Origin: Escherichia coli
Lineage (GTDB): Bacteria > Pseudomonadota > Gammaproteobacteria > Enterobacterales > Enterobacteriaceae
DNA: 887 nt
Reading direction: 5' to 3' (one strand)
Assembly: GCF_003334315.1 (NCBI RefSeq)
Contig: NZ_QOWR01000128.1
Part shown: in pieces, positions 1 through 887 of the stretch
How the letters are laid out: each line of letters begins with the position of its first letter
Numbering within the stretch: position 1 is the stretch's first letter
Notes under the pieces: generated by a model
The model's input: the letters and a program-made list of their open reading frames with translations, nothing else
What the model was told of the DNA's origin: nothing
Databases searched by the model: none
Program-made: the position numbers and the translations under genes

Positions 1-887
1 CCCTCAGCATGTGGCCGGATAACCGTATCGCCCGTGACGCGCACTATCTTTACCGGTATGACCGTCACGGCAGGCTGACAGAGAAAACCGACCTCATCCC
101 GGAAGGGGTTATCCGCACGGATGATGAGCGGACTCACCGGTACCATTACGACAGTCAGCACCGGCTGGTGCACTACACGCGGACACAATATGAAGAGCCG
201 CTGGTCGAAAGTCGCTATCTTTACGACCCGCTGGGCCGCAGGGTGGCAAAACGGGTATGGCGGCGTGAACGGGACCTGACGGGCTGGATGTCGCTGTCAC
301 GGAAACCGCAAGTGACCTGGTACGGCTGGGACGGCGACCGGCTGACCACAATACAGAACGACAGAACCCGCATCCAGACGATTTATCAGCCGGGGAGCTT
401 CACGCCACTCATCAGAGTTGAAACCGCCACCGGTGAGCTGGCGAAAACGCAGCGCCGCAGCCTGGCGGATACCCTTCAGCAGTCCGGCGGCGAAGACGGT
501 GGCAGTGTGGTGTTCCCGCCGGTGCTGGTGCAGATGCTCGACCGGCTGGAAAGTGAAATCCTGGCTGACCGGGTGAGTGAGGAAAGCCGCCGCTGGCTGG
601 CATCGTGCGGCCTGACGGTGGAGCAGATGCAAAACCAGATGGACCCGGTGTACACGCCGGCGCGAAAAATCCACCTGTACCACTGCGACCATCGCGGCCT
701 GCCGCTGGCGCTTGTCAGCACGGAAGGGGCAACAGAATGGTGCGCAGAATACGATGAATGGGGCAACCTGCTGAATGAAGAGAACCCGCATCAGCTGCAG
801 CAGCTTATCCGCCTGCCGGGGCAGCAGTATGATGAGGAGTCCGGCCTGTATTACAACCGCCACCGCTATTATGACCCGCTGCAGGGG
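1..887 (+). CDS. rhs: Rhs-family (YD-repeat) core protein, internal fragment from the C-terminal part of the conserved core; partial at both ends (codon phase begins at base 3)
   Basis: Manual translation of frame 3 gives 295 codons with no stop: [295 protein letters not shown]. Frames 1 and 2 hit stops within the first 80 bases (tga at 76..78, taa at 20..22). Recurrent YxYDxxGRL-type YD repeats and the terminal [15 protein letters not shown] segment are hallmarks of Rhs core proteins. The paralog (rhsA/B/C/D-like) cannot be assigned from this conserved core, so the symbol is family-level only. Confidence 0.93.
51..83 (+). other. YD-repeat unit (protein-level motif) [11 protein letters not shown]
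   Basis: Codons 17-27 of frame 3 read [11 protein letters not shown], a near-perfect match to the Rhs/YD consensus YxYDxxGRL(T/I). Confidence 0.8.
141..176 (+). other. YD-repeat unit (protein-level motif) [12 protein letters not shown]
   Basis: Codons 47-58 read [12 protein letters not shown]; YxYD followed by a basic residue and Leu, a degenerate YD repeat. Confidence 0.7.
216..251 (+). other. YD-repeat unit (protein-level motif) [12 protein letters not shown]
   Basis: Codons 72-83 read [12 protein letters not shown]; YxYDxxGR core of the YD repeat. Confidence 0.75.
318..353 (+). other. YD-repeat unit (protein-level motif, degenerate) [12 protein letters not shown]
   Basis: Codons 106-117 read [12 protein letters not shown]; aromatic-x-aromatic-D-x-x-R-L-T pattern with W in place of Y. 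Confidence 0.6.
678..716 (+). other. YD-repeat unit (protein-level motif, degenerate) [13 protein letters not shown]
   Basis: Codons 226-238 read [13 protein letters not shown]; a YxxDxxG(L) variant of the repeat. Confidence 0.55.
747..773 (+). other. YD-repeat unit (protein-level motif, degenerate) EYDEWGNLL
   Basis: Codons 249-257 read E-Y-D-E-W-G-N-L-L; YDxxGxL core. Confidence 0.55.
828..887 (+). other. N-terminal part of the Rhs repeat-associated core domain ([20 protein letters not shown]), truncated by the window end
   Basis: Codons 276-295 read [20 protein letters not shown]. The G-L-Y-Y-x-x-x-R-Y-Y-D-P-x-x-G segment is the conserved opening of the domain that, in Rhs and TcC-type proteins, continues into the DPxGL motif and the autoproteolytic site separating core from variable tip. 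The rest of the domain is beyond base 887. Confidence 0.8.

Noticed and set aside
9-11. In-frame ATG (Met, codon 3) near the window start as a possible translation start
   Set aside because: The frame is open upstream to base 3, no Shine-Dalgarno-like purine run precedes it (ccctcagc), and the encoded sequence is mid-core Rhs. It is an internal methionine, not a start.
164-171. Chi-like octamers gctggtgc (also at 524..531)
   Set aside because: Both are 7/8 matches to the Escherichia coli Chi site GCTGGTGG, differing at the last base. No exact Chi is present on either strand, and near-matches are expected by chance in ctg/gtg-rich coding sequence.
109-351. 80-aa minus-strand ORF from the track
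   Set aside because: Same reasoning: antisense overlap with the Rhs core frame, low-complexity Ser/Pro/Ala/Arg-rich product, no recognisable domain.
428-435. Short palindromes and restriction-like sites (caccggtg at 428..435; ggtacc at 139..144; cagctgcag at 792..800)
   Set aside because: Too short, with no flanking stem or T-tract, to be terminators or operator sites, and all lie inside the coding frame. Consistent with chance in GC-rich sequence.
412-603. 63-aa minus-strand ORF from the track
   Set aside because: Short, nested within the other antisense ORFs and the sense Rhs frame; Pro/Gly/Ala/Arg-rich composition typical of GC-rich noise.
476-766. 96-aa minus-strand ORF from the track
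   Set aside because: Antisense to the Rhs core frame; Ser-rich low-complexity product with no recognisable motif.
297-863. 188-aa minus-strand ORF from the track ([22 protein letters not shown]...)
   Set aside because: Antisense to a strongly supported Rhs core reading frame. The long open frame is the expected by-product of a GC-rich sense strand with GC3 bias. The product is Arg/Ala/Val/His/Gln-rich with no motif I recognise.
1-887. Searched for tRNA/rRNA-like segments, CRISPR repeat-spacer periodicity, IS terminal inverted repeats, promoter (-35/-10) and rho-independent terminator signatures
   Set aside because: None found. The window is continuous coding sequence with no AT-rich intergenic stretch, no regular direct-repeat array and no GC-rich hairpin followed by a T-run.

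Overview
The whole window lies inside one gene on the + strand: an internal fragment of an Rhs-family (YD-repeat) core protein of the enterobacterial type, partial at both ends. Reading frame 3 (codons start at base 3) is open for all 295 codons (3..887) with no stop; I translated it by hand because it is absent from the supplied ORF track, which lists only minus-strand ORFs. The translation carries six YD-repeat units (e.g. [23 protein letters not shown]) and ends in ...[22 protein letters not shown], the start of the Rhs repeat-associated core domain that precedes the DPxGL core/tip boundary. GC content is about 61% (542 of 887 by manual count), with strong G/C preference at third codon positions. 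The four minus-strand ORFs in the track are antisense artefacts of this GC-rich gene. I see no RNA genes, CRISPR array, mobile-element ends, promoters or terminators. Nothing in the window is novel: it is conserved Rhs core. Any new biology (the variable C-terminal toxin tip and its immunity gene) would lie just downstream of base 887, outside what I can see.
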